Positions 9,765 through 22,162 of a stretch of DNA of 64,000 nucleotides are shown here, piece after piece. The stretch comes from an uncultured cyanobacterium (GTDB lineage: Bacteria > Cyanobacteriota > Cyanobacteriia > Cyanobacteriales > Cyanobacteriaceae): assembly GCA_963710605.1 (NCBI GenBank), contig CAVQBA010000005.1, forward strand, positions 224,001 to 288,000. The letters run 5' to 3'. Within the stretch, counting starts at the first letter, position 1. Every line of letters begins with the position of its first letter. The notes below the pieces were generated by a model, which saw nothing but the letters and a program-made list of their open reading frames with translations, was not told the DNA's origin and made no database searches. The position numbers were made by a program, and so were the translations under genes.

Positions 9765-12011
9765 TTAGTCTTCAATAGATTTTCTCAATCTGTTTCTTTT
9801 TAATTTTTCTAATTTTTTGCTTTTGAAGGATTTAGCTTTCTGTTTGGGTCGATCGGGTTCAGTTTTGTTTGATGTAGTTTTCTGTTTAGATTCAGTCGTC
9901 TCTTCTATGGGAGTAATAGAACTAGGCGATTTATCTTTACTTAATTCAAAAGCCTCTTTTTCTCTACGCTTCTCCTTTTCAAAGGTACGGTTATTTCTAA
10001 TTCCTTTAACTTTCTTACTATTGCTTATAGTTTTATCTAAAACGGCATCTGTTGAAGCTGTTGCTTGCTCGACGATATTTTCAAATTCTGCCATTAGATC
10101 GACTTTGGTTTGTGTTTCTTTACCTTTGTATTTTTGCTTTTGCAGTTGCTCATAAGCCAATAAACATTCAATCTCTTCCCAAGTTTTGCCCACATATCTA
10201 TCTTCAAAATCAATAATCGAACATTTTTCGTAGTCTTTTCCATCAGAAGAACGAATATAAAGGTATTCTGGTTTTCTCGGATCGTATGATATATTTAAGT
10301 ATTTTTCATCTTTACTAAAAGATCGACTTCTAGCTCTTTCAAACCACTGCTCTGTTTTTGCTTTTTCACAGGTATAGTAAAGCTTTTTAAATTTAATACC
10401 TTTAGCTGTAATAGTTGCTCGTCCCAAAGGCATTAAGTTGAGTTTGACGATATCTTCAGGAAATGTTTTTAATCTTCCCGAACGCTTCTCTATTCCCCAT
10501 TGCCATAAATTTTTCGGTTTCGGTACAACATCATCTATAACCATATCAGTGTCCCGCTGATAATTATCAAGATAATGATTATTGTTGTGTTCTAGTATCA
10601 AATAAATAATTGCTTTGGTAAACTCGTCTAAACTTAATTTACTATCAAGACGATAATCTTTACCTCCTCTTTGAGTAAAATCTACATCTACATAACCAGG
10701 AACGAATGGTTTAACTTTACCGTGCATGGTTTTAAAATGCCTTTCCACAATACCCTTTTGATCTCCTCTATATGGTGCTGCATTTTCAATACGTATTCCC
10801 AAATTGTTAATGGAAGTTTCTACATTTTTTCCTGCTAATTCACCACGATCGCCTAAGATGACTTCTGGTACATGATGAACTTGCCATTGTTCCTCTGTAA
10901 TTTCAATACCGTATTCCGCACAGTATTTAACTTTGTCAGTAGCTGCATTAACTAGAGCCATCATCATTCCCAGCCATGAAGGTCCTTCTAAACCAACATA
11001 GACACCTGTAATCATTCGGCTAAATACATCAATAACAAGATACACAACTGGTCTGCCAATTATCCAGTTACGGTTATATTTAGAAACTAAATAAACATCA
11101 GCTATTGTGGCATCAATTTGATAGCGAGAACCAGGACCAATCGTTTCTTGTTTAGACGTTCGGGTAATAGCCCTATACTCTAAAGCGAAGGCTCTGCTTC
11201 CCCTTCTAGAGCTAATAGTTTTCTTAATATCTTTTTTATACTCCTTATCGTACCAATAGCGAAACTGTCTTATTGTCGGTCGTCTGCTTGGTGGAATTAA
11301 TACCGACTTTCTAACTCCGCGATCGTCATAGACTATTTCCTCGCTGTAATAATCTTTGAGCATCAATTCATAAGCAGTCGTCAAAAAGTTACCTTTTCGA
11401 TTATTGTAAAATTTGGAGATAGCAATTCTAAAAATTTTGAGATCTTCCTCATTTATATTTATTCCTTCACCTATTTCTGCAACTTTTTTGTACTTTCTTG
11501 GTCGCCCTCGCTTGACACTATTACTAGCTTTTCTAGTTTTACCTTTACCACCTGAATTGGAATAGTCGGGAATCAAGGAATTTTTAGTTTTTCCTCTTTG
11601 CCAATATTTCCTAAGATAATCATAGATAGTTTTTTTGGCAATTTTGTCTGTAGATTTGGCGATCGCTTCATTAATCAAAGAACCTCTTAGCGATCGATCG
11701 TATATTTCTGGTTCTTGCTCTACTATCGAGGCGATAATTTTCCAAGTTTTATCTCTTATTTCTATTTCTATCTCAGATAAATTATCTTCCGTAACTATTC
11801 TCAACCAAGGATCTGACTTTAATTTTATAGCTGTTTCCTCAGAAATTGCTTCTTCAATTTCACTCATTCTTTTTGCGTAAGGTACACCTTTATTAGTATG
11901 AATATCAAAGACAAAAGCAAGGATATAGTTTTCGTCTATCCAAACTATTCTCTCTACTTTTGTGGATTCTGGATCATTCAACCATTCAATTAAATCATTA
12001 ACATATAGCAT
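9765..12011 (-). CDS. tnsB: TnsB DDE transposase
   Basis: GPGSRYQIDATIADVYLV, IDVFSRMITG, ILGDRGE and KGIVERHF motifs. Confidence 0.96.
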   Translation of the reverse strand: MLYVNDLIEWLNDPESTKVERIVWIDENYILAFVFDIHTNKGVPYAKRMSEIEEAISEETAIKLKSDPWLRIVTEDNLSEIEIEIRDKTWKIIASIVEQEPEIYDRSLRGSLINEAIAKSTDKIAKKTIYDYLRKYWQRGKTKNSLIPDYSNSGGKGKTRKASNSVKRGRPRKYKKVAEIGEGININEEDLKIFRIAISKFYNNRKGNFLTTAYELMLKDYYSEEIVYDDRGVRKSVLIPPSRRPTIRQFRYWYDKEYKKDIKKTISSRRGSRAFALEYRAITRTSKQETIGPGSRYQIDATIADVYLVSKYNRNWIIGRPVVYLVIDVFSRMITGVYVGLEGPSWLGMMMALVNAATDKVKYCAEYGIEITEEQWQVHHVPEVILGDRGELAGKNVETSINNLGIRIENAAPYRGDQKGIVERHFKTMHGKVKPFVPGYVDVDFTQRGGKDYRLDSKLSLDEFTKAIIYLILEHNNNHYLDNYQRDTDMVIDDVVPKPKNLWQWGIEKRSGRLKTFPEDIVKLNLMPLGRATITAKGIKFKKLYYTCEKAKTEQWFERARSRSFSKDEKYLNISYDPRKPEYLYIRSSDGKDYEKCSIIDFEDRYVGKTWEEIECLLAYEQLQKQKYKGKETQTKVDLMAEFENIVEQATASTDAVLDKTISNSKKVKGIRNNRTFEKEKRREKEAFELSKDKSPSSITPIEETTESKQKTTSNKTEPDRPKQKAKSFKSKKLEKLKRNRLRKSIED

Positions 12012-12034
12012 TGGAAACCTTAAATATTATTTAT

Positions 12035-12850
12035 TTATATAATTGCTTTAATGATATTTACCGCAGGATGAGCAGCGATTTTTGCTTGAAACATATCAAC
12101 AACAATTTCTTTTCTCGAGACCAAATGTTTAAACAGAGACAAACAAGTTCCAATTTCTAAATTCATATCCTTATCTAATGCTGTTGTAATAGCACTAATT
12201 TTTGATTTGTTACTACTCAACCTTTCTTTGAGAATGTTGCTCAGATAATAACAGTTTTCATTGTTTTGCTCCTCTGACAATTTCCAATGATAATCAGAAT
12301 GAATCCATTGAATATTAGATGCGAAAGTTGTTGATATTTCTTGTTCGGTAACGATTGCCCAATCAATATTGTGTTTTTGCCAATAGCGTCTCTCTAATTC
12401 TAATTTTTCGATCGTTCTTTTCTTGCCAAGCTCTTTAGTAGTTTTAAATGTACGAGCAATTTGAACGGATTTGTTATCCTGTTCGACTGTCAACATAAAA
12501 TCGGTGGTCAACACGTAAGGAGTATTATTTTTCCTGTTTACTGGATATTTAATTTCCATCTCTTTAGCAATTTCCATTGCCAAATCCAGATCTAGTAATG
12601 GATACTGCTCTCTAATGTCTTGAACTTCCTTACTCCATTCAAATATATAGAAAAGCCTTGATTCCCAATCTGACATTAGATGATGTGGGCGATCGCTTTT
12701 CCATCCAGGCGCTCGCGAAGCTCTTCCTACAGAAGGAAAATCTTGAATAGTTATCCAAGGCTTGTAGTCTTTGCCTCGACCTTTACCCCGTCCTTCTTTT
12801 ACATATCGCTCAAACTTAGCTTGAGTCCAATCGTATCTGCTTCTAGCCAT
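12035..12850 (-). CDS. tnsA: TnsA endonuclease
   Basis: EGRGKGRGKDYKPWITIQDFPS, HHLMSDWE, DIREQYPLL, LTTDF. ATG at 12850 preferred over the upstream alternative start at 12865. Confidence 0.96.
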   Translation of the reverse strand: MARSRYDWTQAKFERYVKEGRGKGRGKDYKPWITIQDFPSVGRASRAPGWKSDRPHHLMSDWESRLFYIFEWSKEVQDIREQYPLLDLDLAMEIAKEMEIKYPVNRKNNTPYVLTTDFMLTVEQDNKSVQIARTFKTTKELGKKRTIEKLELERRYWQKHNIDWAIVTEQEISTTFASNIQWIHSDYHWKLSEEQNNENCYYLSNILKERLSSNKSKISAITTALDKDMNLEIGTCLSLFKHLVSRKEIVVDMFQAKIAAHPAVNIIKAII

Positions 12851-12893
12851 TAGAAAACTGCACAATATAGAATTACTATAATTATACAGCTAT

Positions 12894-12990
12894 AGTTACC
12901 AACTTTATTGTAATTTTGCTCTAAGTTACCAACTTTATTGTAAAGTTACCAACTTTATTGTAAAGTTACCAACTTTATTGTAATTTTACA
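12894..12990 (-). repeat. Tn7-like right end: terminal TGT and four identical 20-bp TnsB-binding sites
   Basis: AGTTACCAACTTTATTGTAA at 12894, 12924, 12944 and 12964. The minus strand from 12990 reads TGT-AAAATT-ACAATAAAGT, the TGT-N6-ACAATAAAGT spacing of the Tn7 right end. Confidence 0.92.
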
Positions 12991-13014
12991 ACATAAATAA
13001 TACATAAGTTGTTT

Positions 13015-14889
13015 TTATTCCACCGTTACCGACTTAGCTAAATTACGAGGTTGATCGACATCTAAACCTCTAAGGGAGGCAATGTAATAAGAAAGCAATT
13101 GTAAAGGAATTACTGATAAGACAGGAGAAAATAACTCATCGACTTCAGGTATCACTAACTTATCATCAAAAATATCCTCAGAATCATTCTCTGCCACCAC
13201 CCCAATCAAACGAGCGTCTCTGGCTTTGGCTTCTTGAGCATTAGAAATTACCTTTTCATACACACTACCAGAAAGTGCGATCGCTACAACTGGTACATGA
13301 GCATCTAATAAAGCGATCGAACCATGTTTCATTTCTCCTGCGGGATACCCTTCAGCGTGGATATAACTAATCTCCTTGAGCTTTAAAGCACCTTCTAAAG
13401 CGATCGGGAAGTTGATACCTCTACCAATAAAAATAAAGTCACGGGTATCAGGAAAATCATGGGCTAAATCTTCGATTTTTTCTTCTTGTGAATGGATAAT
13501 TCGCTCAATTTGATTCGGTAACTGAGACAAACCATTAATAATTTCTGTCACCTTCTGTGCGGAAATACTTTGACGACGATAAGCTAAGTCTAAGGCTAAA
13601 ATATAAAAAGCCATTACCTGAGCGAGGAAAGTTTTGGTTGCCGCTACGCCAATTTCGATTCCCGCAAAAGTATTTACTATTTGATCAACGATCGTTGCTA
13701 AAGTACTTTCAGGACGATTAGTAATCCCTAAAATACGGGGGCTATATTTATCTCCTGCCACCATGCGTCTTTGTCTTTCCATTTCTAAAGCGGCGATGGT
13801 ATCCGCTGTTTCTCCTGATTGCGTCACACCAATAGTCAGAGTATTTGTCATCATCGGCGTAGGGGAATAACGATACTCAGAAGCATATTCCACAAAAGTA
13901 GGAATCCCAGCAATTTGCTCTAATAAATATTTACCCACCAAACTAGCGTGCCAAGATGTACCACAAGCTACTATTTGGATATGTTCTAAATCTTCATAAA
14001 TATGAGGTAACAAATTAAGATTGACAGGATTTTCATCACCATCAGGTTGCCAATCACTATTGATATAAGCCTCTAAACAAGTACGTACCACTGCTGGTTG
14101 CTCGTGTATTTCCTTGAGCATAAAATGGCGAAAGCCTTGTTTTTCGACGGTTACAGGACTCCAATCGAGAGTACGAGGGGTTTTGCGAATTCTTTTCCCA
14201 GCAAAATTATAAATTTCTACTCCTAAAGGAGTTAGTCTGGCTATTTCACCATTTTCTAAAGTTAAAATAGTAGTGGTGTGATGAACTAAAGCGGTTACAT
14301 CAGATGCACAATAAAATTCTCCTTGTCCAAAACCGATCGTTAGAGGTGCGTTTTGACGAGCGACAATTAATTCATCAGGATGGTTTGCCGATAAAACTGC
14401 GATCGCAAATGCTCCATCTAAATAACTAATTGCTTTAGTGACAGCAGACATAAAAGGGTCATCATTTTCGGGGTTGTAATGTTCGGCTATTAAATGAGGA
14501 ATAACTTCTGTATCGGTATCTGAGGCGAAAGTATAACCTTCTGCTTTTAAATCTTTTCTTAATTCTTGATAATTTTCAATAATGCCATTTTGGACAACAG
14601 CAATTTTGCTTTGGTTATCTAGATGAGGATGTGCATTATATTCTTCTGGTTTACCATGAGTCGCCCATCTAGTATGTCCTATTCCTATTTTTGAGTTACT
14701 GGTATTTGATTCTAACTTTGTGCGGAGATTATATAGTTTTCCTTTAGCTTTGATTGAATGTATTTGATTTTCAGGTGTAATAGTCGCAACTCCTGCTGAA
14801 TCATAACCACGATATTCTAATTTTTCGAGTCCATGAATTAAAACATCAATAGCTGTTTGTGTTCCGATATAACCAACAATTCCACACAT
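13015..14889 (-). CDS. glmS: Glutamine--fructose-6-phosphate aminotransferase
   Basis: MCGIVG start, GHTRWATHG, C-terminal DVDQPRNLAKSVTVE. Confidence 0.99.
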   Translation of the reverse strand: MCGIVGYIGTQTAIDVLIHGLEKLEYRGYDSAGVATITPENQIHSIKAKGKLYNLRTKLESNTSNSKIGIGHTRWATHGKPEEYNAHPHLDNQSKIAVVQNGIIENYQELRKDLKAEGYTFASDTDTEVIPHLIAEHYNPENDDPFMSAVTKAISYLDGAFAIAVLSANHPDELIVARQNAPLTIGFGQGEFYCASDVTALVHHTTTILTLENGEIARLTPLGVEIYNFAGKRIRKTPRTLDWSPVTVEKQGFRHFMLKEIHEQPAVVRTCLEAYINSDWQPDGDENPVNLNLLPHIYEDLEHIQIVACGTSWHASLVGKYLLEQIAGIPTFVEYASEYRYSPTPMMTNTLTIGVTQSGETADTIAALEMERQRRMVAGDKYSPRILGITNRPESTLATIVDQIVNTFAGIEIGVAATKTFLAQVMAFYILALDLAYRRQSISAQKVTEIINGLSQLPNQIERIIHSQEEKIEDLAHDFPDTRDFIFIGRGINFPIALEGALKLKEISYIHAEGYPAGEMKHGSIALLDAHVPVVAIALSGSVYEKVISNAQEAKARDARLIGVVAENDSEDIFDDKLVIPEVDELFSPVLSVIPLQLLSYYIASLRGLDVDQPRNLAKSVTVE

Positions 14890-15282
14890 AGTTTTTCTAA
14901 TAATTTCCGTTTGATGATCAGTAAGACTATCTCAAATACGATCGATTAAAGTAATTTATTTATGTTCGCATAGATTATAACTTAATATTTAAGAGCTATG
15001 GTTTTTAATCTGTTTTAATCTACTTAATACCTATTTACTAACGATCGAAAATCAAACTAGGAAAAAACAATCCAATTCAAAACAAAACAAATCGGACAAA
15101 AGTTCAAAGATGTCCGACTATTACCACTTATTTACTTAAGTTTTTTCAAATTAATTAAGTAGCCATTACTTATTTTTCAATACTTAAACTTTGATGAGAT
15201 TATTTAGTTATCTAGTTTTTTGTGGAAGATAATTTTGCGGTTTTCAGATTAAAGTTATAGCTAAATTCTCGCCTTGATATTA

Positions 15283-15753
15283 CTAAATCAGAATCATTCC
15301 TTGAGTAGTAGGCTCAAAATCATCACTAAAAATAGTATTTTGATTATAAAAAGTACCAACCAAATTTGCATCATAAAGATAACATTCTTGTAAATTAGCA
15401 CCACTCAAATCTGCACCACTTAAATTTGCTTCATTAAGAATTGCACCACCCAAATTAGCATTACTTAAATTAGCATTAACTAAATTACTACCGATTAAAT
15501 TAGCCTTACTCAAATTAGCATTACTCAAATTAGCATTACTTAAATTAGTTCTGGTAAGATAACTTCTGTGAAAACTAACATCCTTAAGATTTGCCTTGTG
15601 GAAATTAGATCTAGTAAATTCACTATGTTCGAATCTTAAACCGATTAAGTTTGCTTCTGATAAGTCTAAATTAGGAAAATACTTTTTTCCTTCTAAATAT
15701 TGTTGTTGTAATTCAAATACTTTTGTCTCTATTTGTTGTAATTCAGATTTCAT
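15283..15753 (-). CDS. Pentapeptide repeat protein
   Basis: Tandem A(N/D)LSx repeats. Confidence 0.92.
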   Translation of the reverse strand: MKSELQQIETKVFELQQQYLEGKKYFPNLDLSEANLIGLRFEHSEFTRSNFHKANLKDVSFHRSYLTRTNLSNANLSNANLSKANLIGSNLVNANLSNANLGGAILNEANLSGADLSGANLQECYLYDANLVGTFYNQNTIFSDDFEPTTQGMILI

Positions 15754-16252
15754 TTTAGTTTAATTGATAAAACTACATATCAAAGGTAATTATTTATTCA
15801 ATAGATTAGTTATTTTGTTTTTGTCCATTTATTAGTTTTAAGTAATTAATAATTAGTCGTTTTATATTGTGAAATTAACGTTTTGAAATAAATTTCTAAT
15901 AATATGATTAATACACAACAAAATAATTATTAGATATCACCAAGTAATAAATATGACAATCAAAATAATAATTTAATTAGCCTTTTAATTTATTATATAA
16001 CTATTTTAATTATCACAAAACGAATGTAAAATAATGTTAAGAGAAAATATGATCATGTTACAAACAACAAAAAAAATAAGATCTAATCAGAAAATAAAAA
16101 TAAGGTAACAAATATTACTTATCAATTGTTTAACTATCAATTCATGCTTAGTAGTTGATCTTTGTTGAGTGAGGAGTTCAAAATAATTTAATCTAAAGTA
16201 TAATTAAATTTCGGTAATCTAATTTTGAGAGAAACCACGATCGTTTAATCTT

Positions 16253-17384
16253 ATGATCTTCAAAAACACAATCAGTATTTTATGTTTATGTTTTTTGTTA
16301 TTAAGTTGCCAAAATAATAAATCAGTAGAAATAGAGCAAAATTCTCAATTTAAAAGAGAAGTAGAACAAGGTTTAATTTTATTTAATTCGACATTAGAAC
16401 AATCTAATGCTGAGGGAAAAATACTTTGGCGTTTAAAAACCGAAAAAGCTGTTTATTCACCTGATAAAAAAACAGCCAAATTAGAAAAATTAACGGCTAA
16501 TTTATTTAATGAAGATGTTTTAATTTTACAACTAAGTGCCGATCGAGGTGAATTAAGAAACGACGGTAAAGAAATTTATTTACAAGAAAATATTGTTGTA
16601 GTCGATCCACGTAACCAAGCTGAATTCAAAGGAGAACAGGTAGTTTGGTATCCTGAAAAAAATACGATGACGATGACAGGAGAAAAACGAGTTAAAGCCA
16701 ATCATAGTAAATTAACTGTTGAAGCAGTTAAAGCAATATACAACACTGAAAATCAAGTTTTAGAATTAGAAAAAGATGTTATAGCTACAACCAAAAATCC
16801 ATCTTTACAATTAAAAACTCAAAGTTTATCTTGGCAAATTGAAAAAGATAAAGTGATTGGTAATGAAAAACTAGATCTTGTTCGTTACGAAGATAAAATA
16901 GTTACCGATTCGATTAAAAACAGACAAAATAGAAGTAGATTTAGCTAAAAATATAGCCGTTATTAATAGTAATGTAGAATACGAATCTTTTGAACCCATA
17001 TTACAAGCGGCGACAAATCAAGTTACTTGGTATTACGAAGGGCGAAGAATGGAATCAAAGACAGCTATTACGGTAAGACAACCAGAAGAAGGTACAACCT
17101 TGACAGCTAATCAAGGTAGATTTGATTTAAAAACTAAACTAGTTAATTTAGAAGGCGGAATCTATGGTAAAACAGAGGAAAACCAAGCTCAAATTTATGC
17201 CGATAATTTAACTTGGAATTTGAATAATAAACAAATTAATGCTAGTGGTAATGTTTATTATTTGCAACTCGAACCTGAATTAAATGTAACAGGTAAAACA
17301 GCTCGTGGGAATTTGAAAGATAAAAATATTATTGTAGAAAGCGATCGAGGCGATCGAGTAATTACAACAATCTATAGTAATTAA
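16253..17384 (+). CDS. lptC: LptC-like LPS export periplasmic protein, split by a +1 frameshift near 16909 (possibly artefact)
   Basis: Lipoprotein-like LLLSC signal and repeated LptC-type beta-strand segments. Removing one T from CGATTCG joins ORFs 16253-16948 and 17049-17384 into 376 aa (VTDRLKTDKIEVDL). Confidence 0.75.
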
Positions 17385-17586
17385 TCATGATTACTTTAGC
17401 CATTAAGATATATGATTATAAACACGATTAACCATTAACGATCAACTATCAAGACTTAATCGTCTCTCATGGTGGACAAAAAATGATACTGTAATATCTG
17501 TAAGGTTCAATAAAAAAACAATCTTAAATGATCAAAGATGTGCCAATAATTGGTACATTAACCTACATATTGATAGATTAAATTAA

Positions 17587-18747
<1,161 letters not shown>

Positions 18748-18882
18748 GCCTTCGTAATGGAAAACCCTCGAATTGAGAATTGAGAATTAAAAACGATCAA
18801 TTCTCAATATTTTTTTGACGATCACGTAGTGGTATAGCCTACGGCTAATCGCTTTTGTCAATAATTATTAATTATTAATTAT

Positions 18883-19272
18883 CTAAGCACCTAATAATGA
18901 AGTATATTCATCCATAGACAAACTATCTTCTAGTTCGTCGTTGGGATCGTCTAGTTTTATTTTAATCAACCAACCATCTCCATAAGGGTCATCAGCGATC
19001 GATTCGGGTGATTCAATTAACATTTCATTACGGTCAATAATTGTACCTGAAACGGGGGCGTATATTTCTGATACTGCCTTGACTGATTCGATCGTTCCTA
19101 AGTTATCTCCTTTTTCAATCTGATCGTCAATTTCGGATAATTCTAAAAAGACAATATCTCCTAACTCATCGATCGCAAATGCACTAATCCCGATCGTAGC
19201 AATATCATCATCGATACGGATATATTCGTGAGAATCAAGATATCTTAAATCTAAAGGATATTCTAAACTCAT
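18883..19272 (-). CDS. gcvH: Glycine cleavage system H protein
   Basis: Lipoyl motif IESVKAVSEIYAPVSG and DPYGDGWL. Confidence 0.97.
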   Translation of the reverse strand: MSLEYPLDLRYLDSHEYIRIDDDIATIGISAFAIDELGDIVFLELSEIDDQIEKGDNLGTIESVKAVSEIYAPVSGTIIDRNEMLIESPESIADDPYGDGWLIKIKLDDPNDELEDSLSMDEYTSLLGA

Positions 19273-19560
19273 TATTTCTCTACTTGATTAAATTTTTTTC
19301 GACATTTGTTTTTTCATTATGGCTTATTCAACGTCGATCCTCAAGAGGCATCTCATTAATTGAGAATACTTCGACAAGCGATCGCACAAGTTGAGAATTA
19401 AGGCTGTAAATATAGCCGAATGAATTTGTGATTACTTCTACTTTCGCCAACCCCTCTTGCATCTCCCCTTGTAAAGAGGAGAATTCGATCGACATAAAAA
19501 GTGCAGTTATAAATTCATTTAGCTATAGTTGGTAATTAATCCCTAATCCCTATCAACTAT

Positions 19561-21309
19561 CTAACGGACATTTTTCAAGCTATCAGTTTTTTTGGTAAAG
19601 AGTTCGGTAAACAAACTTAAGACAGTACGATTTTCTTTGACTTTGATATTCACGCTGATAGACATCCCTGATTGTAAGTCGGTAGGTTCGCCACGAATTA
19701 ATAATTTTTGTGAGTCTAATTCAATTTTGACAGGAAAACGATAAAAGTTATAAATTTGATCAGGTTCTAGTGCATCAGAACCAATTAAAGTAATCTTACC
19801 TTGGATGTCACCAAATTCGCTATAAGGAAAAGAATCTATTCTGACATCAGTAATTTGCCCTTCTTGAACAAAACCAATATCTTGGTTAGTAACATAAATT
19901 TCAGCGATTAAAGGATTTTCAGGACCCACATCAGGAACAATTTTTAATAACGTATCATCAACTTGTCCGTTTCTGGGTACAAATCCCGGACTTGCTTTTA
20001 AATCAAATACTGTACCTGATACAGGTGCTTTAATTTCTTGATATTTAATAGTTTGTTTTGCTGAGCTGATTTGACCTCTTAATTCAGCAATTCGCTTTTC
20101 GTTTTCAACGACTAATTTATTGATTTGACTATCAATTTCAGCAATCCTTTTTTTATTTTCTGCCATACGATCGCGCACATCATTTTCACTGACAGCAACG
20201 GTATTTTTTAATTCTTGTTTAGATTGATTGATATCAAGGAGAATACGTTGTTTTTCTTCTTTTAACTGATCTATTTGGGCAACACGACTTTGAAGTTGTT
20301 GTTTTTGGGTTTCGTATTCTATTTTGCCATTAGCTTTAAGCTCAACTAATTCTCTTTCTCTATCTTGTACTTGTTGTCTTTGTCGATCGATTTGAATTTT
20401 AGCGATCGCACCTTCTTCAGACAACGGTTTAATACTATCAAAAATTTGTTGATCGATTTTTAAACTTTCTTGGGCTTGAGCAACAGTTTTTAGGTTACGT
20501 TGTTCAATTTCTTTTAATATTCGTCGATCGTTTTGTATTTGTTGCTGAGTATCGTTTAACTGTACTTGATTTTGATTGGATTGTCTTTGTAACTGTTGTA
20601 TTTCTAACTCTGCCGCTCTAGAGCGAGAATTTAATTCATTAAAAGCAGTTTCTAAACGAGCTATTTGATCTGAGTCTAAATTACCGACTTGAGTCTCTTC
20701 AGATAAACGAATTCTAAATACTCTATTTTCGGTCACTAACGCCGCACGATTTAAAGCTAAAGCCGAAACCTCAGCCGGAATTTGTAAACGAGCTATTTCT
20801 GCTTCTACTGCAATAGGTGTCAAGCTTGCATTTAATAAAGTACGATAAAATTTGTTTTCTTGAATCAAAGAAGTAATTACTTTCTCTAATGATTCTAGTT
20901 GGGCTTCACTGGCTGAAGAATCGAAGATTACCATCGACTCACCTTCTTTAATATGTTGCCCGTCTTCAACATTAACTCTTTGGACGACACCATTGATTGG
21001 TGCTTGAATTTCTTTGACTGTCGTTTTAGGTTTAAGTTGCCCTGTGGCGGTGACGACTTGTTCAATTTTAGCTAAGGATGCCCATACTACGGCAAAAACA
21101 GTTACACCGATAATACTCCAGGCAATTGTTCTTGACCAAATGGGTGAGGGCTTTAAAATTACGCCTTTTTCAAATTGATTGAGATCAAGATCTATATTTT
21201 GTTTTTTATTTTCTTCAACAGGTGCTTCTTCCCCTGTATTTTTACCAAATAAGATATCTCGTTCAGAGTTATCTGGCGTTTTTTGATCGTTACTCCAAGA
21301 TTTTGTCAT
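19561..21309 (-). CDS. HlyD-family type I secretion membrane fusion protein
   Basis: N-terminal TM helix, long coiled coil, IKAPVSGTV and RIDSFPYSEFG motifs. Confidence 0.93.
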   Translation of the reverse strand: MTKSWSNDQKTPDNSERDILFGKNTGEEAPVEENKKQNIDLDLNQFEKGVILKPSPIWSRTIAWSIIGVTVFAVVWASLAKIEQVVTATGQLKPKTTVKEIQAPINGVVQRVNVEDGQHIKEGESMVIFDSSASEAQLESLEKVITSLIQENKFYRTLLNASLTPIAVEAEIARLQIPAEVSALALNRAALVTENRVFRIRLSEETQVGNLDSDQIARLETAFNELNSRSRAAELEIQQLQRQSNQNQVQLNDTQQQIQNDRRILKEIEQRNLKTVAQAQESLKIDQQIFDSIKPLSEEGAIAKIQIDRQRQQVQDRERELVELKANGKIEYETQKQQLQSRVAQIDQLKEEKQRILLDINQSKQELKNTVAVSENDVRDRMAENKKRIAEIDSQINKLVVENEKRIAELRGQISSAKQTIKYQEIKAPVSGTVFDLKASPGFVPRNGQVDDTLLKIVPDVGPENPLIAEIYVTNQDIGFVQEGQITDVRIDSFPYSEFGDIQGKITLIGSDALEPDQIYNFYRFPVKIELDSQKLLIRGEPTDLQSGMSISVNIKVKENRTVLSLFTELFTKKTDSLKNVR

Positions 21310-21489
21310 TGTAATAAGTTAAATAATAATAATAAATAAAGAAACAAGAATAAGTTTAAAATTAATAGTTAAGATTTGATTTAATTTTTATCTTTCAATC
21401 AATATTTTCTCAAATTTCAATCTTGATAATCTTTCACATTTTTACATAAAAAAATATAAACTTAGACTATTTGTTTATAAAATTTAAAC

Positions 21490-21651
21490 TATAGCAATTA
21501 TTAGTATGATGAAGTACATCTCGATCCCCCACGGGTCCCTAACCAACAAAAGCGAAGCATCCTTATTCCTCCCCCGAACGTGCGGGGGATAAGAGGGGGA
21601 TAGGGGACTTGCAAATAATTAATGTACCTCATAATGATGGTAAACGCTATA
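21490..21651. mobile_element. MITE-like element (TATAGC...GCTATA ends, GC-rich hairpin core)
   Basis: Terminal inverted repeats with subterminal GA(A/G)GTACA / TGTACCTC; related copies at 53415 and 54164. Confidence 0.7.
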
Positions 21652-22162
21652 TCAAGATCACTGTTCTCAATTGATTATGAAAAATATATTTTAATTTTAC
21701 CGAATTAATTGATTAATTTAATTACTTTTAATTCGCTAGTGAATCAATTTATTAGTCAAGTATGTTGTTAGTTATTTTTTAGAAGTTAGTTGTATATTAC
21801 CCATTTATCTAGCAATTTTTGTCTTTTATTTAGTAACAAATAATTTAAAAATTATAGCTTGAGATTTAATTAATTTAGTAACAAACAATTTAAAATTTGC
21901 TCGTAGTTGATTAGAAAGATAAAAAAAAGCAAATTTTACCTAAGTTTAAACTTATATTTCTACTCAAAAATTAAATTTAAAGTCTTATCCTTAAAGAGAA
22001 AGAAAATAAAAATAAAAATAAAATTTGTTACAAGCTTATTCTTTTAAGGTAAAAGTAATTGTTAATTAATTTGCTTTATTATCTATAATCTATCTCTTGA
22101 TTTTCAATTTTAACGATCGTCGTCAATATTTTTAAACACATTCATTTTTAGATTCAAATTAT

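Larger units (their letters stand above)
1..12990 (-). mobile_element. Type I-B1 CRISPR-associated Tn7-like transposon (CAST) at the glmS att site; left end outside window
   Basis: tnsABC-tniQ-cas6/8/7/5-array-HTH-tnsD gene order, no cas3, and an end 24 bp from the glmS stop codon. Confidence 0.95.

Noticed and set aside
3156-11880. Plus-strand ORFs overlapping cas and tns genes (3156, 6535, 7573, 8842, 9817, 11635)
   Set aside because: Antisense to well-supported genes, with no recognisable motifs.
12894-12983. 20-bp repeats as a second CRISPR array or plasmid iterons
   Set aside because: No unique spacers; sequence and position fit TnsB-binding sites.
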